From Octopus sinensis (lineage: Eukaryota), in contig NC_043013.1 in NCBI RefSeq assembly GCF_006345805.1, positions 16,554,001-16,618,000 on the forward strand: DNA of 64,000 nt, read 5' to 3'. The position numbers and the translations under genes were made by a program. Of the stretch, positions 1-12,520 are shown one piece after another. A model generated the notes under the pieces. It worked only from the letters and a program-made list of their open reading frames with translations, ran no database searches and had not been told where the DNA came from. Each line of letters starts with the position of its first letter. Position 1 is the stretch's first letter.

Positions 1-673
1 TTTTTCTCTCTTTCCCTTTCTTTTGTTCCCCCTCCTTGCTCAGTATATGAGAATTGCTACATAGATGAATTTTAGCTTGCGTGCGAGACGGTTTGCGTGA
101 ATATATGTACACATGCTTTTATGTGTATAATTTAGATTCATATTCATACGTCTGTATATGTATGTATGGCGTTTACGCGCATCCTTTTGTGTATGTTGAT
201 ATATATATGTGGATTTTAATATAAATATGTATTGCAGTATTTATAACAGGTTTAATTTCTATGCATTAATTTGTACTGTCTTCATTAACGGCAATAGGTT
301 TTTTCCTCGGTTTTTTACCTCGGATTTTATAATTTTTATAATTTTTATAAGTTTTTATATATATATACATATATTTTTGACCTTTTTGTTTATCGCTCGA
401 AGATTGACCGTTTTTTCTAAAGGGCCAATCAAACAAGTCCATTTCTTTTTAAAGGTGTAGCGTTTGTAAGAGTATAGATTGAATTAATATATATTGTTCC
501 ATTCTAGCAAAAACTGTCTGATGAACGGCAACGAGAAACTCAGAGTAACAGATTTTGTTGAATTTTCTGCTGCTTAAAATAAAGCATATTACTCTACCAC
601 TGGTATTTGAGTACTCTTTTTTCCACCTTGTTTCACATTTATGTGTTTACTCCGGTATATATATATATATATG

Positions 674-749
<76 letters not shown>

Positions 750-785
750 CGTGTAAGCATGTATGTATGTATGTATGTATGTATC

Positions 786-818
<33 letters not shown>

Positions 819-842
819 ATGTATGTATGTATGTATGTATGT

Positions 843-1547
843 TTGTATGGAGAGTTTTATGGAGAGTTAGCTAAAGGAGAACGACCTCCACATAAACCAA
901 AAAAGAGGTATAAGGACTTGCTGAAGGCTTCCTTAAGAGATACTTGCATCTCTCCAGACACATGGGAAGGCATAGCTATTGATCGTAGCAGGTGGAGAAG
1001 GATTGTGCATGAGGGGACAGCCACGTTTGAGAAATCTCGAGTTGCACATGAGAAAGTAAGGAGTGATGTCAGGAAGGGCATCGCTGTTACACTTCCAGAA
1101 GGGAAGGGTCTTCCTTTGATTCTGACATGCAATGTCTGTGCAAGACCCTGCCTCAGTAAAGCTGGACTCATGAGTCAACTTCGTAGTCATAAAACGAGAC
1201 AGATGAGTGACAACCTGGCCACTGGTGGTGGTGTAACACACCATACTAATCATATCTGTCGGGCATGTGGAAGAGAGTGTAATTCGGCAGGAGAACTTAA
1301 ACGACATGCAAAGGTACATGAAACCCAGTTACAACTACAGCCGGCTATTACCAGTAAAGGTCTTAGTTGCCAATTTTGTACAAGACATTGTAGATCTTTA
1401 GCTGGGCTAAAAAATCACATTCGATCACAGCACCAGTAACAGTTAAGCTTCGTGCAATGGCCATACTCGATAACGAGGGGGCAGCCATAATAATGTATGT
1501 ATGTATGTATGTATGTATGTATGTATGTATGTATGTATGTATGTATG
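843..1547 (+). mobile_element. 5'-truncated RTE-clade LINE: ORF C-terminus with three C2H2-like zinc fingers, short 3'UTR and (TATG)n tail
   Basis: Open frame 855-1439 reads [27 protein letters not shown]...WEGIAIDRSRWRRIVHEG, the typical RTE post-RT segment. It continues into CxxC-x12-H/Q-x3-4-H repeats, then GCAGCCATAATAA and a (TATG)n tail. The N-terminal part of track ORF 555-1439 is only microsatellite. Confidence 0.85.
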
Positions 1548-1689
1548 AGTTATAAAATAAGTAGCAGTCAAATACCAAGCACTGAGGTTGTGAGAAGTTG
1601 TTATATCTTGTCCCCTTCTTTTCTTTTGCTCAAAATGTGTTACCTTGTTCTTTCAAAAAAATTTTAAAAAGCTGACATCGATTAATCGG

Positions 1690-1708
1690 TCTTCTAATTT
1701 CGTTTCAG
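1690..1708 (+). other. Probable splice acceptor upstream of the GPCR coding exon (5'UTR intron)
   Basis: TCTTCTAATTTCGTTTCAG has a branch-like CTAAT, a pyrimidine tract and AG at 1707-1708, 25 nt before the ATG. A second AG lies at 1714-1715. Confidence 0.55.
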
Positions 1709-1733
1709 ATTGCAGATTTTCACATCAGCCACA

Positions 1734-2669
1734 ATGGAGGACACTCATATCCCTAACGTTTATGAATACGGAGATATGAATTTTACGGACATGGAACCAC
1801 ATCCAGTAACACTCTCCGGGATGTTTTTGGCTTCTTTAATTTCTGCCATCGTCATGTTCCTGTTCAATGGATTCCTACTGTTTGTCATTGTTCAAGATCG
1901 TTGCTCTTACAGAAAAGCAAAATGCCTGGCTTCCTTAAACTATATACTCAACTATGCGTTTTTTGCTTTGTTTTACTACTTCTATACGGTGCATATCCAT
2001 ATGTATCCAGACATGCCACGCAGTAGTTGTGCTTTTATCATATTTTTATACCTCGTGCTGGAAGATGGGACAAAATATTTCATATTTCCGCTCTGTATCG
2101 ATTTCATAGTGCAACATTTCATGCCCAATCAACATCAAAAACGGAAATTCATTTATTTTCAGTTAATTTTAATTGGCGGTATATGGGGTGTAATATTTCT
2201 TAAAGAGATTGCTCTCTCTTCTAGCCAACCAGAAAACGAGATCCCTTTCTGTATTGTTATGCTGTCAGACGTTATAATATATAGTCAGCTAATTTGTACG
2301 ATATTATTCCTTTGTGCTGTTGTCGTCTGCCTCAGTTTGCTATTGTATATTGCTATCAGAAACGAAGAGAAACCTTGGAAATCATTCAACGTGATGGGCG
2401 CGGTGGCGGTAATCAGTGTTCTTCTAATTGTAGTACACGTAATATCTATGTCGTCCACCATCACAATGTTAGCTTTCATTGACTCCAACGGCAACAACAA
2501 CAGTATGGCAAAAACGTCTTCTATTGTTCATTTCATAGGATCGTTATTGATACCGTTCGCTTGGCTCTGTGACGGCGCCATACGACAGAGTATATGGAAA
2601 CTATTTACCGGAAAGCGCTCAACACCGGAAAACCAAACCGTGAACGAATTAACCACCGAAATTGACTGA
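1734..2669 (+). CDS. Divergent rhodopsin-like (class A) 7TM orphan GPCR, 311 aa, single coding exon
   Basis: ATG sits in GCCACAATGG context. Seven hydrophobic segments are present, with an N-terminal sequon NFT, TM1 Asn (FNGFLL), Cys at the TM3 start (SSCAF), ECL2 Cys (PFC), TM4 Trp (GGIWG) and a helix-8-like IRQSIWKLF. DRY appears as DFI and NPxxY as IPFAW. Confidence 0.8.
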   Translation: MEDTHIPNVYEYGDMNFTDMEPHPVTLSGMFLASLISAIVMFLFNGFLLFVIVQDRCSYRKAKCLASLNYILNYAFFALFYYFYTVHIHMYPDMPRSSCAFIIFLYLVLEDGTKYFIFPLCIDFIVQHFMPNQHQKRKFIYFQLILIGGIWGVIFLKEIALSSSQPENEIPFCIVMLSDVIIYSQLICTILFLCAVVVCLSLLLYIAIRNEEKPWKSFNVMGAVAVISVLLIVVHVISMSSTITMLAFIDSNGNNNSMAKTSSIVHFIGSLLIPFAWLCDGAIRQSIWKLFTGKRSTPENQTVNELTTEID

Positions 2670-2791
2670 AAATAGTTGCATCTTACATTTGCTTTTCATT
2701 TAGTTTATTTCTTGGTTTTTTTTTTTTTTTTTACAGTCTCATAAGCCATCAAATACTTTTTGGTTGATATATTTAAGAGCTTGTGTAAAAT

Positions 2792-2834
<43 letters not shown>

Positions 2835-2837
2835 TAC

Positions 2838-2869
<32 letters not shown>

Positions 2870-2897
2870 GTATGTATGTATGTATGTATATATATAC

Positions 2898-2949
<52 letters not shown>

Positions 2950-3051
2950 CATGCATACATACATACATATACAATACATGTAAACATCGAACAATGAGAA
3001 TAAGAGTTCAACACTGCATTGCCGGATAAAATTTCTTTATTTGTGTATTAG

Positions 3052-3296
3052 GGCTACCATTGGTTTCATGTTAAAAAGAAATATCTTAATATCTTAACAA
3101 CTTTTTCAAATCGATCACATCCAAAATGGAATTTGGATGAAAACACGAAACGAAATATCGTGGGAAAAATCTCCTTTTTGTAAATTCCCGACATTTTTTG
3201 TGTTTTCATCCAAAACACATTATTACTCCATGTGATCGGCTAGAAAAATTGTTGGCATATTAAGATATTTTTCTTAACATGAAACCAATGGTAGCC
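3052..3296. mobile_element. MITE with long TIRs, Kolobok-like (GG..CC ends, TTAA-type TSD)
   Basis: GGCTACCATTGGTTTCATGTTAA... at the left is inverted at the right (...TTAACATGAAACCAATGGTAGCC). Flanks are TTAG (left) and TTAA (right), and the interior is also quasi-palindromic. Confidence 0.65.
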
Positions 3297-3589
3297 TTAA
3301 TTCACGAATATGTACTTACATACATACATACATATATGTATATATTTACATATGTATATTTTATACTTATACTTTTATATATATGTATATGATACTCTCT
3401 GCATCTGTTTTAACCAGTTCCATGCTATATGCAGCATTATACATGGTTGTGCATTGAAGTCGAATTTTTGGAGTTAAATATATTGTACTATGTTGTGCTC
3501 TAAAGTTTATAGTTCTTTCTTGTCGAGTTTATGTGTGTGTGTGTGTATGTGTGTGCATCTATCTATCTATATATACATATATGTATATA

Positions 3590-3658
<69 letters not shown>

Positions 3659-3670
3659 ATGTATATATAC

Positions 3671-3744
<74 letters not shown>

Positions 3745-3941
3745 CGTGAATGCCCGGATGAACGTACACAAGCGAAAGTAACGACGGAAGAAATCATCTG
3801 CTTCGAAGAAATAAATAAATTCTACAACACATATTGGGTACTTTTTCTTTCGTTTGTATTCTCAAACGTATTCTATATGTGTGTGTGTATATGTAGACAC
3901 ACACACCACACACATACAGACATATACGCACACAAACGCAT

Positions 3942-4372
3942 ACATGCATGCATGCATGCATGCATGCATGCATGCATGCATGCATACATACATACATACA
4001 TACATACATACATACATACATACATACATACATACATACATACATACATGCATACATACATACATACATACATACATACATACATACATACATACATACA
4101 TACATACATACATACATACATACATACATACATACATACATACATACATACATACATACATACATACATACATACATACATACATACATACATACATACA
4201 TACATACATACATACATACATACATACATACATACATACATACATACATACATACATACATACATACATACATACATACATACATACATACATACATACA
4301 TACATACATACATACATACATACATACATACATACATACATACATACATACATACATACATACATACATACA
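3942..4372. repeat. (CATG)n followed by a long (TACA)n microsatellite
   Basis: Directly visible. It produces the spurious MYVC/HTYI ORFs in the track. Confidence 0.95.
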
Positions 4373-4646
4373 TTCGGCGGAATTTGAACTCAGAACATAA
4401 AGACAGACGAAATACCTATTTCTTTACTACCCATAAGGGGCTAAAAACAGAGGGGACAAACAAGGAGAGACAAACGGATTAAGTCGATTATATAGACCCC
4501 AGTGCGTAACTGGTACTTATTTAATCGAACCCGAAAGGATGAAAGGGAAAGTCGACCTCGGCGGAATTTGAACTCAGAACGTAACGGCAGACGAAATACC
4601 GCTTAGCATTTCACCCGGCGTGCTAACGATTCTGCCAGCTCGCCGC
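4373..4646 (-). mobile_element. tRNA-derived SINE family A, full copy plus partial tandem re-run of the body
   Basis: The minus strand reads GGCGAGCTGGCAGAATCGTTAGCAC (A-box-like), GAGTTCAAATTCC (B-box-like) and a tail AAAGAAATAGGTATTT, then restarts at the internal CGTCTG. Confidence 0.85.
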
Positions 4647-5226
4647 GCAATGTATTGCTCAGTCCAGGTATCGAACACGACCTTCCAACCGCAAGTCCTC
4701 CAGCCCGACAACTAGGCCCCATCCTTTCACATAAGGACATTACATATTACTAATAAAAGGCAAAATACAACTTACCAAGCACTTTCAAAGAATTAGGGGC
4801 AACATGGACAGCTGATGGGTTGCGAGAAGGACATTACGCATTACAAACCTGTAATTTAGACTATGATCTCCACTGTTATTGTAAGATAACCGAGTCAGTT
4901 ATTTGTCCAGAAGTATCCATCTGTGGGAGACCATACAAACCTACAAATTACATTAGTACTGACCTTATTAACTGGCTTTCATGCGGTGATCTTGGATACT
5001 CCCTCAACACTGTTTTTCAAGTTGCCCCATCACTCAATATTCGCTCACGAATTATCCCTATATATCTAAACAGATGCAAACACGATACCACTGTTCCCTA
5101 CTAAGCTGTGCGCGCGCATACGCTCGTGCAGGTGTTGCAACCAGCATTCAGAATTTAATGTGTACACAAAAAAAAACAGTAATTTCTGAAAATAATATAG
5201 TAATTAGTAATTATATTTATAACAAA

Positions 5227-5579
5227 CTAGCAGTATCACCCGGCGTTGCTCGGGTTTGTTTTGACCCTTTAGAATTGGAATTTTTGAAAAGTAAAAGTTT
5301 TGCATTATGTGGCTTGTTATTCTCTTTAAGTGAACATTTTTCTGGTTGAAATATACCGAAAAATGGCGACACAGCAGTCACAAAATCGTAAAAAATAGGG
5401 ATTTTCTTAGAAAAAAAGTACCTTTTTGATGTAAATAGTTTTTTGGCATTAACATGGTCCGATTTGAATTTTTTTTCTACGGAAGGAAGAGCAAACCTAG
5501 GTTCTCGGAGGAGATAGTGTTAGTTGAAGGCTACCAAACCTGCCATACTCAGACAACTTCAGCTTTATATAGAGATAGA
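5227..5579 (-). mobile_element. Non-autonomous Helitron
   Basis: The minus strand begins A|TCTATCTCTATATAAAG and ends with hairpin CCCGAGCAACGCCGGG, 8 nt, CTAG|T. This matches the TC...CTRR termini and A/T target of Helitrons. Confidence 0.75.
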
Positions 5580-6599
5580 TTTGATACAATCTGGTGAACT
5601 GACAGAATCATTATAACGTCCTGATTTTTTCTTTTCTTTGGCGGGGTGGGGCAGCATTTCTTCCGTCTCTCTGCGATCTAAGTTCAATTCTTACCGACGT
5701 CAATTTTGCCTTTTATCCTTTTAGGGTCGATAAAATAAAGCACAAGTCAAGTACTGGGATCAATGGTATTGTCGAATACCTTCCCTTCAAAAATAAACTA
5801 GTCTTGTGCCCAAATCAGAAACAATTATAATAAGGCTGGTGAATAGACAGAATCGTAAAGCATCAGAAAATACCTTGTGATGCTTCCGCGCTTTGCGTTC
5901 TGAGTTCAAATCACACCAAGGTCTATTTTCCCTTTCATCCTTTCTGTTTTAATAAAATAAAGCACCACTTAAATACTGGGTTGATGGTATTAACTAACCC
6001 TCTCTCTCTTCAGAATTGCTCATTTTAGCCAAAATCAAATACCATAATATATTCGGTACACATACTTTGGTTTCAGGAAAAATTTGCACGACATGAGATG
6101 TCTTTCCACGCACTGACTAATGACTGAATCTGCCCTAACTCTATGAATAGGAACCTCAAAAACGCCCTCTAGTAGGGTCATACCATTGTTGTCTCCTTTA
6201 ACAACAGAAAATACAATCACTGCACATATGAAGAAAATCTTACAACACACCCACCTCCATCCATCCCACAACTGCTACACATTGACAGCACGTCACTAGA
6301 AACCTTTACAATCAATTAAAGTGATGTATTCGCTTAATATAACAAACGCGACATCACAACTTTGGTCTTCCTCTTGAAAACCACAAAATACTTCTGCCCC
6401 CCCCCGCCAACCCCTAACATTAACTAATATACTACAAAACCCAGGCACCATCTACAATGGATTAATGTTCCCACATCTAGGATAGTATTGCAACCACACA
6501 TACAAGCACATACACACATACACAGACACACATTCCAGACCTGCAATATATTACTAGCCTCATATTTAAGATAGTGTTATTGGTATATACACAGGGCAC

Positions 6600-7880
6600 C
6601 TTAGACCGCATCCCATGAAAGACACTCCAATCTGGCCTGCTGACACATCACCGCTTCTCTCTTTACCTTTTCTACTGCAACTGTTGGAAGGCATTCACTT
6701 CATCTGGCTCTGAAGACCTGTAAATGCCATGTGTACAGCTCCTTCCCCAAGACCAATCCAACGAAAAAGAAACGATCTATTAAAAGCCGTGCCTAACAAA
6801 CTGTGATCGCTCTTATTTACTGTCTAGGAATCTCTCGATGTTACCACCTCTGCATGTACTGCGAGTCATTAGCCATAGCATAGCATATTGAACGCTGTGT
6901 AAAGTGTTATATTGGCAACAGATAAATGTTCTAAGCAGCAGAATTTACTCATTCCACAAGAAGTTAAAAAGCAGATGCTTCTTTCTGGTTGGATGCAGTT
7001 AGAGTTAGACACGACGATCAAAAGATAATGAAGCATATAGCCGACTAGTACGTTCGCAATTAATCTTTCCGAAGATGCTTTTAATCCATTTCTGGGTAAC
7101 TATCATTCCAGTTCCTATCCACACGGAGATCTGAACCAAACCAAATTCTAAGCACTTAAACCAGTTCACCAGCCCGACAATACTCGATGCCTTCGCCGAC
7201 GGCCAACGTGAAGTTTCCTGTCAGGCTGCTAGACTCCAACACCACTACTTTTCTTCGTCGATCTGTTTCCTATAAGCTTCTCCTCTTCTTTCAATATGGT
7301 ATCAATCACTTCGACTTCCAGTGTTGCCATACATGCATACTGACAAGATTTGTTCCAGTTCGAACAAGTTACCTATCAACACCTCCTGCTTCCACAGCAA
7401 TGGCTCAACAAACAACATGATGAGAGAGAATACCTTTGAAAGTATGAGCATGTGATATCATACAGTTCCAATAGATGACCATTTGCCACCATCAACGGCC
7501 GATGCCACTAGATCACCTATAGAATATTGGACCAAACCCAGTTGGGCATCGCACAACTACCAAGTATTCATAGATGACCCCATCAAATGAATTAAACTGG
7601 TCCAAGTTGATCAATACAGCGCCAGAAATCCTATCTTTGAGGTATCACAAAAGCTGGTTAGCGTGGATAGAATTCACTGAAGTAGAAGAGGTTTGTGTGA
7701 ACTTCACAAGAGTATTCATGGCAAGTGCCAATCTCTATGGAAGCACCTTAGCCAAACACCAGCTATCTATCAGCTCAATGATTTCACGCGTCAAAGAACA
7801 AAGCAGCAACACTTTTACAAAATTAAGGATGTCAAATGGAATAAGTTCTACCGGAAACAGACTCAAAGTTTTCAGAATGT
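6600..7880 (-). mobile_element. Degraded Tx1/L1-clade LINE reverse transcriptase remnant
   Basis: Manual minus-strand translation across stops and frameshifts gives LAKVLP*RL, GAVLINLDQFNSFDGVIYEYL, GFGPIF, VANGHLLE, VEPLL and LRIWFGSDLRVDRNW, collinear with L1/Tx1 RT subdomains. Confidence 0.7.
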
Positions 7881-8149
7881 AACAACATCACAATCAACAA
7901 CATAAACACTACAATAAATGCATTCAACAACACCACAGCCATCAACATAGGTTGTGTAGTGTGTTTACTACAAAACATTCAACAAAGCAATTACCAGCAT
8001 AGATACCACAGTACATACATTTTACATTACAACCACCAACAAAGACATTGCAGTACATACATTAAACAACACCACAATCACTGACGTTGACATTATAGTA
8101 CATACATTCACTAAAATAATTATAGACTCAATAGAAAACATATCCCATA

Positions 8150-8720
8150 GGATAATATAAAAATATACAACCCTCATATAAAAATTTACAACCCTCATTA
8201 CATACCAGAAACAGCAAACCTCATAAAACCGTAGAGAAGCGCCAACAAAAGACAACAACATAAGTCACACAAAAAGGAAATAAACTCAGCATCAAATAAA
8301 CAAGAATATAAATCATAAAACAACCCCAAAAAGATCTCTAAAACGTTTGTGTCCAACATAAACAACTATAAACTTTGTATAGGGTAATTATCATTATCAA
8401 TAATGACCACACCACAAAACTTGTCATAATAGCCTTAGATAACAACGCAACATTCCAATACCAAGAAAACACTCTTATCAAACATTTCATGAAAATCAAT
8501 CGCCAAAAGGAAAAAAAGGACCCTGAGTAAACAGGACCACAAAATAAAACATACACGCCATCCACATACACCATTATTTTGACCACTTTTTCCCGTCCAA
8601 CACACCAAAATCAATAAGGAAATCTGAAATTTGATAGCCACAGAACCAGGCAAAATCACAAGCATATGCCTAAATCTATAACTACTCATTTAATGATAAA
8701 TTCTCAGAATCAGGATTTGA
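8150..8720 (+). mobile_element. Heavily decayed LINE fragment (start of RT region), clade uncertain
   Basis: A/C-skewed sequence with frameshifted peptides GPQN, TPKSIRKSEI, IATEPGK and MPKS, resembling the GPD...IPxxWKxAxIIxIxKPGK...PKSYRPISL block. Confidence 0.35.
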
Positions 8721-8914
8721 AAGACAGCAACAAACATTAAAACTCCAAAACCCCAAAATAAATCTCAGAGAACCACCACCCTCCTATATATCATCTCAAA
8801 ATTTTCAGAGACGCTAATCCCTTCCATAACCAAACCCTTTTAATTCAAATCACAACAGTTTCAGACCCCTACATACAACCACTACACTTGTCTCGAAATT
8901 AATGCAAAAGGTAT

Positions 8915-9330
8915 ATGATAGCGCAAGTGTGGCTGTGTCATAAAATGCTTTCTTACCAACAACACGGTTCGGGGTTCAGTCCCACTGCGTGGCACCTTGA
9001 GAAACTGTCTTCTACTATAGCCTCGAGCCGACCAAAGCCTTGTGAGTGGATTTGGTAGACGAAAACTGAAAGGAGCCTGTCGTATATGTGTATATATATG
9101 TATGTGTGCGAGTTTTTGTGTCTGTGTTTGTCCTCCCCCAAACCGCTTGACAACCGGTGCTGGTGTGTTTACATCCCCGTAACTTAACGGTCCGGCAAAA
9201 GAGACCGATAGCATAAGTACCAGGCATTTAAAAAAATAAGAACTGGGGTCGATACATTCAACTAAAAATTTTCCAAGGACATGCCCCAGCATGGCCGCAA
9301 TCTAATGACTGAAACGAATAAAAAAAAAGA
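8915..9330 (+). mobile_element. SINE family B (tRNA head, CORE-like middle, internal microsatellite)
   Basis: GTGGCTGTG...GGTTCAGTCCCACTGCGTGGCACCTTG...GTGAGTGGATTTGGTAGACG...CAGCATGGCCGCA...ATGACTGAAAC, shared with about 10 copies in the window. Confidence 0.8.
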
Positions 9331-9420
9331 TGGTTACAACAAAAATGTCCCACTCATACCATGCTGGTTACCATTGATATCAGCAACGCTTTCATTTCTG
9401 CGCTTTATCATCCAGTTTTA

Positions 9421-9645
9421 AATTTTTGCTCTTTTACTTGTTTCAGACAATTGTCAGCGGCCATGCTGGAGCACCGCCTTTAGTCGAGCAAATCGACCCC
9501 CAGGACTTATTCTTTGTAAGCCTTGTACTTATTCCATCGGTCACTTTGCCGAACCGCTAAGTTACGGGGACGTAAATACATCAGCATCGGCTGTCAAGCG
9601 ATATTGGGGAGACAAACACAGACACACAAACATATATTCATACAT

Positions 9646-9693
<48 letters not shown>

Positions 9694-9860
9694 ACGACAA
9701 GCTTTTTTCAGTTTCCGTCTACCAAATCCACTCACAAGGCTTTGGTCGGCCCGAGGCTATAGTAAAAGACTCTTGCCCAAGGTGCCACACAGTGGGACTG
9801 AACCCAGAACCATGAGGTTGGTAAGCAAACTACTTACCACATAGCCACTCCTGCGCCTAT
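9421..9860 (-). mobile_element. SINE family B, full length
   Basis: Reverse complement of the family-B consensus from head ATAGGCGCAGGAGTGGCT to tail GAAACAAGTAAAAGAG, with an internal (TA)/(CA) tract. Confidence 0.85.
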
Positions 9861-10079
9861 ACTGTTTTGGAGAAAGCCTTCAAATGCAAGACAAGCATTT
9901 CTTTGATTATTGAAGACACTGCTCTAGCTATTCTGAAGTCAATTCTCAGTCGCTAAAGACTGGCCAAACAGTTGAATGGACGCGACCGTTTGACCTTAGT
10001 CAAAAAGTACTAAATCTAAAAATAGTAACAATTCCAGTCCTTCCAAATACTTTGTCAAGTCAGATCAGATCTGCCAACG

Positions 10080-10720
10080 TAACAAAATTCATTTTTTCTT
10101 TGCTATCTAATGTAAATTGTTACATTGCTGTACTGGCATACAACAGCATAATGAAGAACTGAGACGAAACAGCTCCATTCTTCGGGGATTGATTGACGCA
10201 GTTGTTTTTCTCGGTCGACCGGGATTTATCATTTCGGTGTCATTTTGAATCCAATGAATCCAGTGATCGCGGAAATTATAAAGAACTCTTATATTCAATT
10301 AGTAAATATGACGTAAAATTGGCAAACCATTTTGATATGGCTTCTGTTTTCTCAGGCTTCTCCAACGGAATTCAAAAGGACTTGATCGTTGCAGTTCAAA
10401 GGGTAATATTCATTAAAATAGAAAATGAACTTTGTAGCCATTCTTGTAAATGTCCGATGTATTGAACTATTCACAACTGTCAACTGTTTGGCGTTATGTT
10501 ACAAAAGATTGCACCCCTAAAGAATGATTTATCGGTTTTAATAATGTTAATGGACATTTTCTTTTTTTTTTTTTTTTGCAAATGTCCTTCCCAAACGTGG
10601 AAGTGTAAAAAATTAATTGCACGAACCTCTGAAGGTGCCACTACAATAGCAAGGCAGTTAAATGGGTTGCAGTCATACTTAAGAGAGAAATATGAACTAA
10701 TTGGGTGATATTCCAAGATT
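10080..10720 (+). mobile_element. hAT-superfamily transposase remnant (DUF4371/ZMYM1-like type)
   Basis: LSFRCHFESNESSDRGNYKELL...YDVKLANHF...VFSGFSNGIQKDLI and KLIARTSEGATTIARQLNGLQ match the recalled FRGHDES..N.GNY.ELL and QTYDGA..M.G...G.Q motifs. The frame is broken. Confidence 0.75.
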
Positions 10721-10752
10721 CCTCCTAGATTGATTCATGGTTGAGGATTTCA

Positions 10753-10896
<144 letters not shown>

Positions 10897-10950
10897 GGCG
10901 AGACAACAAAAAATGAAAGAGACCTCGATATTATGTAAATAAAAGAATTT

Positions 10951-11342
10951 ATCTGTAAATATAATATGTGACAATTATTAGGTAGCCATGATAAAATTTC
11001 GAGTTTCGGATGTAGTGGCGGAAATCCACGCCAGCATCTCTTCAGTTATCGGGGACATCAAAAGAAGATATCAATTATAAGGCTAGGTCACAAACCTATA
11101 ACGAAATTAATAAAGAAGCTAGCAATATCGCCGCCAGACTTAAATTAGATATTTAAAAAAATAGAGGTACTCCCCAAAAAAGAGGCCTTTATAACTATCA
11201 AAGGCCATAAAAAGAATGTTGAAATTTGCATTTTTTTCAATGGCCCAATAACTGAAGAGATGCGGGCGTGGGTTTCCGCCTCGACATCCGAAACTCGAAG
11301 TTTTATCATGGCTACCGAATAATTGTCACATATTATATTTAC

Positions 11343-11346
<4 letters not shown>
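10951..11346 (+). mobile_element. Penelope-like element fragment: short ORF piece bounded by inverted ~103-bp pLTR-like repeats
   Basis: 10951-11053 and 11244-11346 are inverted copies with about 8 mismatches. The interior encodes [18 protein letters not shown] / [19 protein letters not shown], resembling the PLE pre-RT motif IN.EAK.IA..L...RIE......FITLKDHK. Confidence 0.7.
11248..11306 (+). ncRNA. Type I hammerhead-ribozyme-like motif in the pLTR
   Basis: Stem I ATAA/TTAT, core CTGAAGA, stem II GATG/CATC with inner GGCG/CGCC hairpin, GAAA, stem III ACT/AGT, and cleavage triplet GTT at 11300-11302. A mirror copy lies on the minus strand at about 10991-11050. Confidence 0.55.
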
Positions 11347-11408
<62 letters not shown>

Positions 11409-11446
11409 GTATATATATATATGTATATATATATATATGTATATAT

Positions 11447-11488
<42 letters not shown>

Positions 11489-12520
11489 GTGTGTGTGTGT
11501 GTGCGCCCGCATCGCAAGAGTCTTTTCCATCAATCTTTCCAGTTGCGAAGTGTGTCCTTGCATGCATATATATATACACACATATAAACATATAAACACA
11601 CATATAAACCCCTACATTTGTACACACACGCACATACATACATACAATCACTCCCACGCACGTACACACACACACATTTACATATATATACAATACACGC
11701 ACACACACATAGACACGTACAAACACACACTAATTCATATACACACCGACACATTTACATACACACAACATATACCTCCACGCTCACGCACACATACACA
11801 TACGTACACACATATAAGCACAGACACACACATACATACGCACACCAAAACATGCGCACACATATGCACGCACACGCGCGAAAAAAACTCACAACCCCAC
11901 CGATACACGCATATACATCCATTTACGCTTACATACACATACAAACGCACACATACACACACACACAACTACACGCACATACATACACAGGCACACGCAC
12001 ACACACACAAATGAACCCACACATACATCCCATACGGCACACAACCATACATACACGCACACAATTATACATACATATACACACACACGCACACATACAC
12101 TAAGTTAAGCACAGTTACTCGCCATACACACAAAAAACGCACATGTACACACACACATACTACAACAAAACACACACACGATACATATACACGCACACAC
12201 ACATACCTCCCTGTTTCTGACCTGCCTTCTGACTTGCTAGGGTACCCCCACAACACTCCTTATTTCTACTACTGCCTGCTACTAGCCATTGTCCACCATA
12301 CACACACACACACGCACACGCACACACTCACACACACACACTTGTCATCATCGCACACCTTCTTTACCATTCCTTCTTTCATATAGCTCTCTTGTTTTTT
12401 AAAAACATTTTCCTCCATTTTTACCACTTCGTCTTTTAGTATGTGACCTCGTGAATACCACCGGCGATTGTTTTCCCTTTTTCCTCTGTCCTCCCGTCTC
12501 GGGATCTTTCCTTCTCCTAT

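Noticed and set aside
555-842. N-terminal part of the 294-aa ORF and the many YIYI/MYVC/HTHT/poly-I/N/V ORFs across the window
   Set aside because: These are translations of (TA)n, (TATG)n, (CA)n and (AAT)n microsatellites that lack stop codons, with no coding signal.
4650-4725. tRNA-like sequence on the minus strand
   Set aside because: The stems do not pair. It is a decayed SINE-C-type head.
7995-8130. Three 42-45-bp repeats containing AGTACATACATT, in frame as D..VHT peptides
   Set aside because: It is short, bounded by stops and has no start or splice signals. It is most simply a decayed tandem duplication.
6040-8880. A/C-skewed block suspected to be a mitochondrial insertion (NUMT)
   Set aside because: No mitochondrial protein, rRNA or tRNA motifs were recognised. 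Most of it translates as LINE RT remnants.
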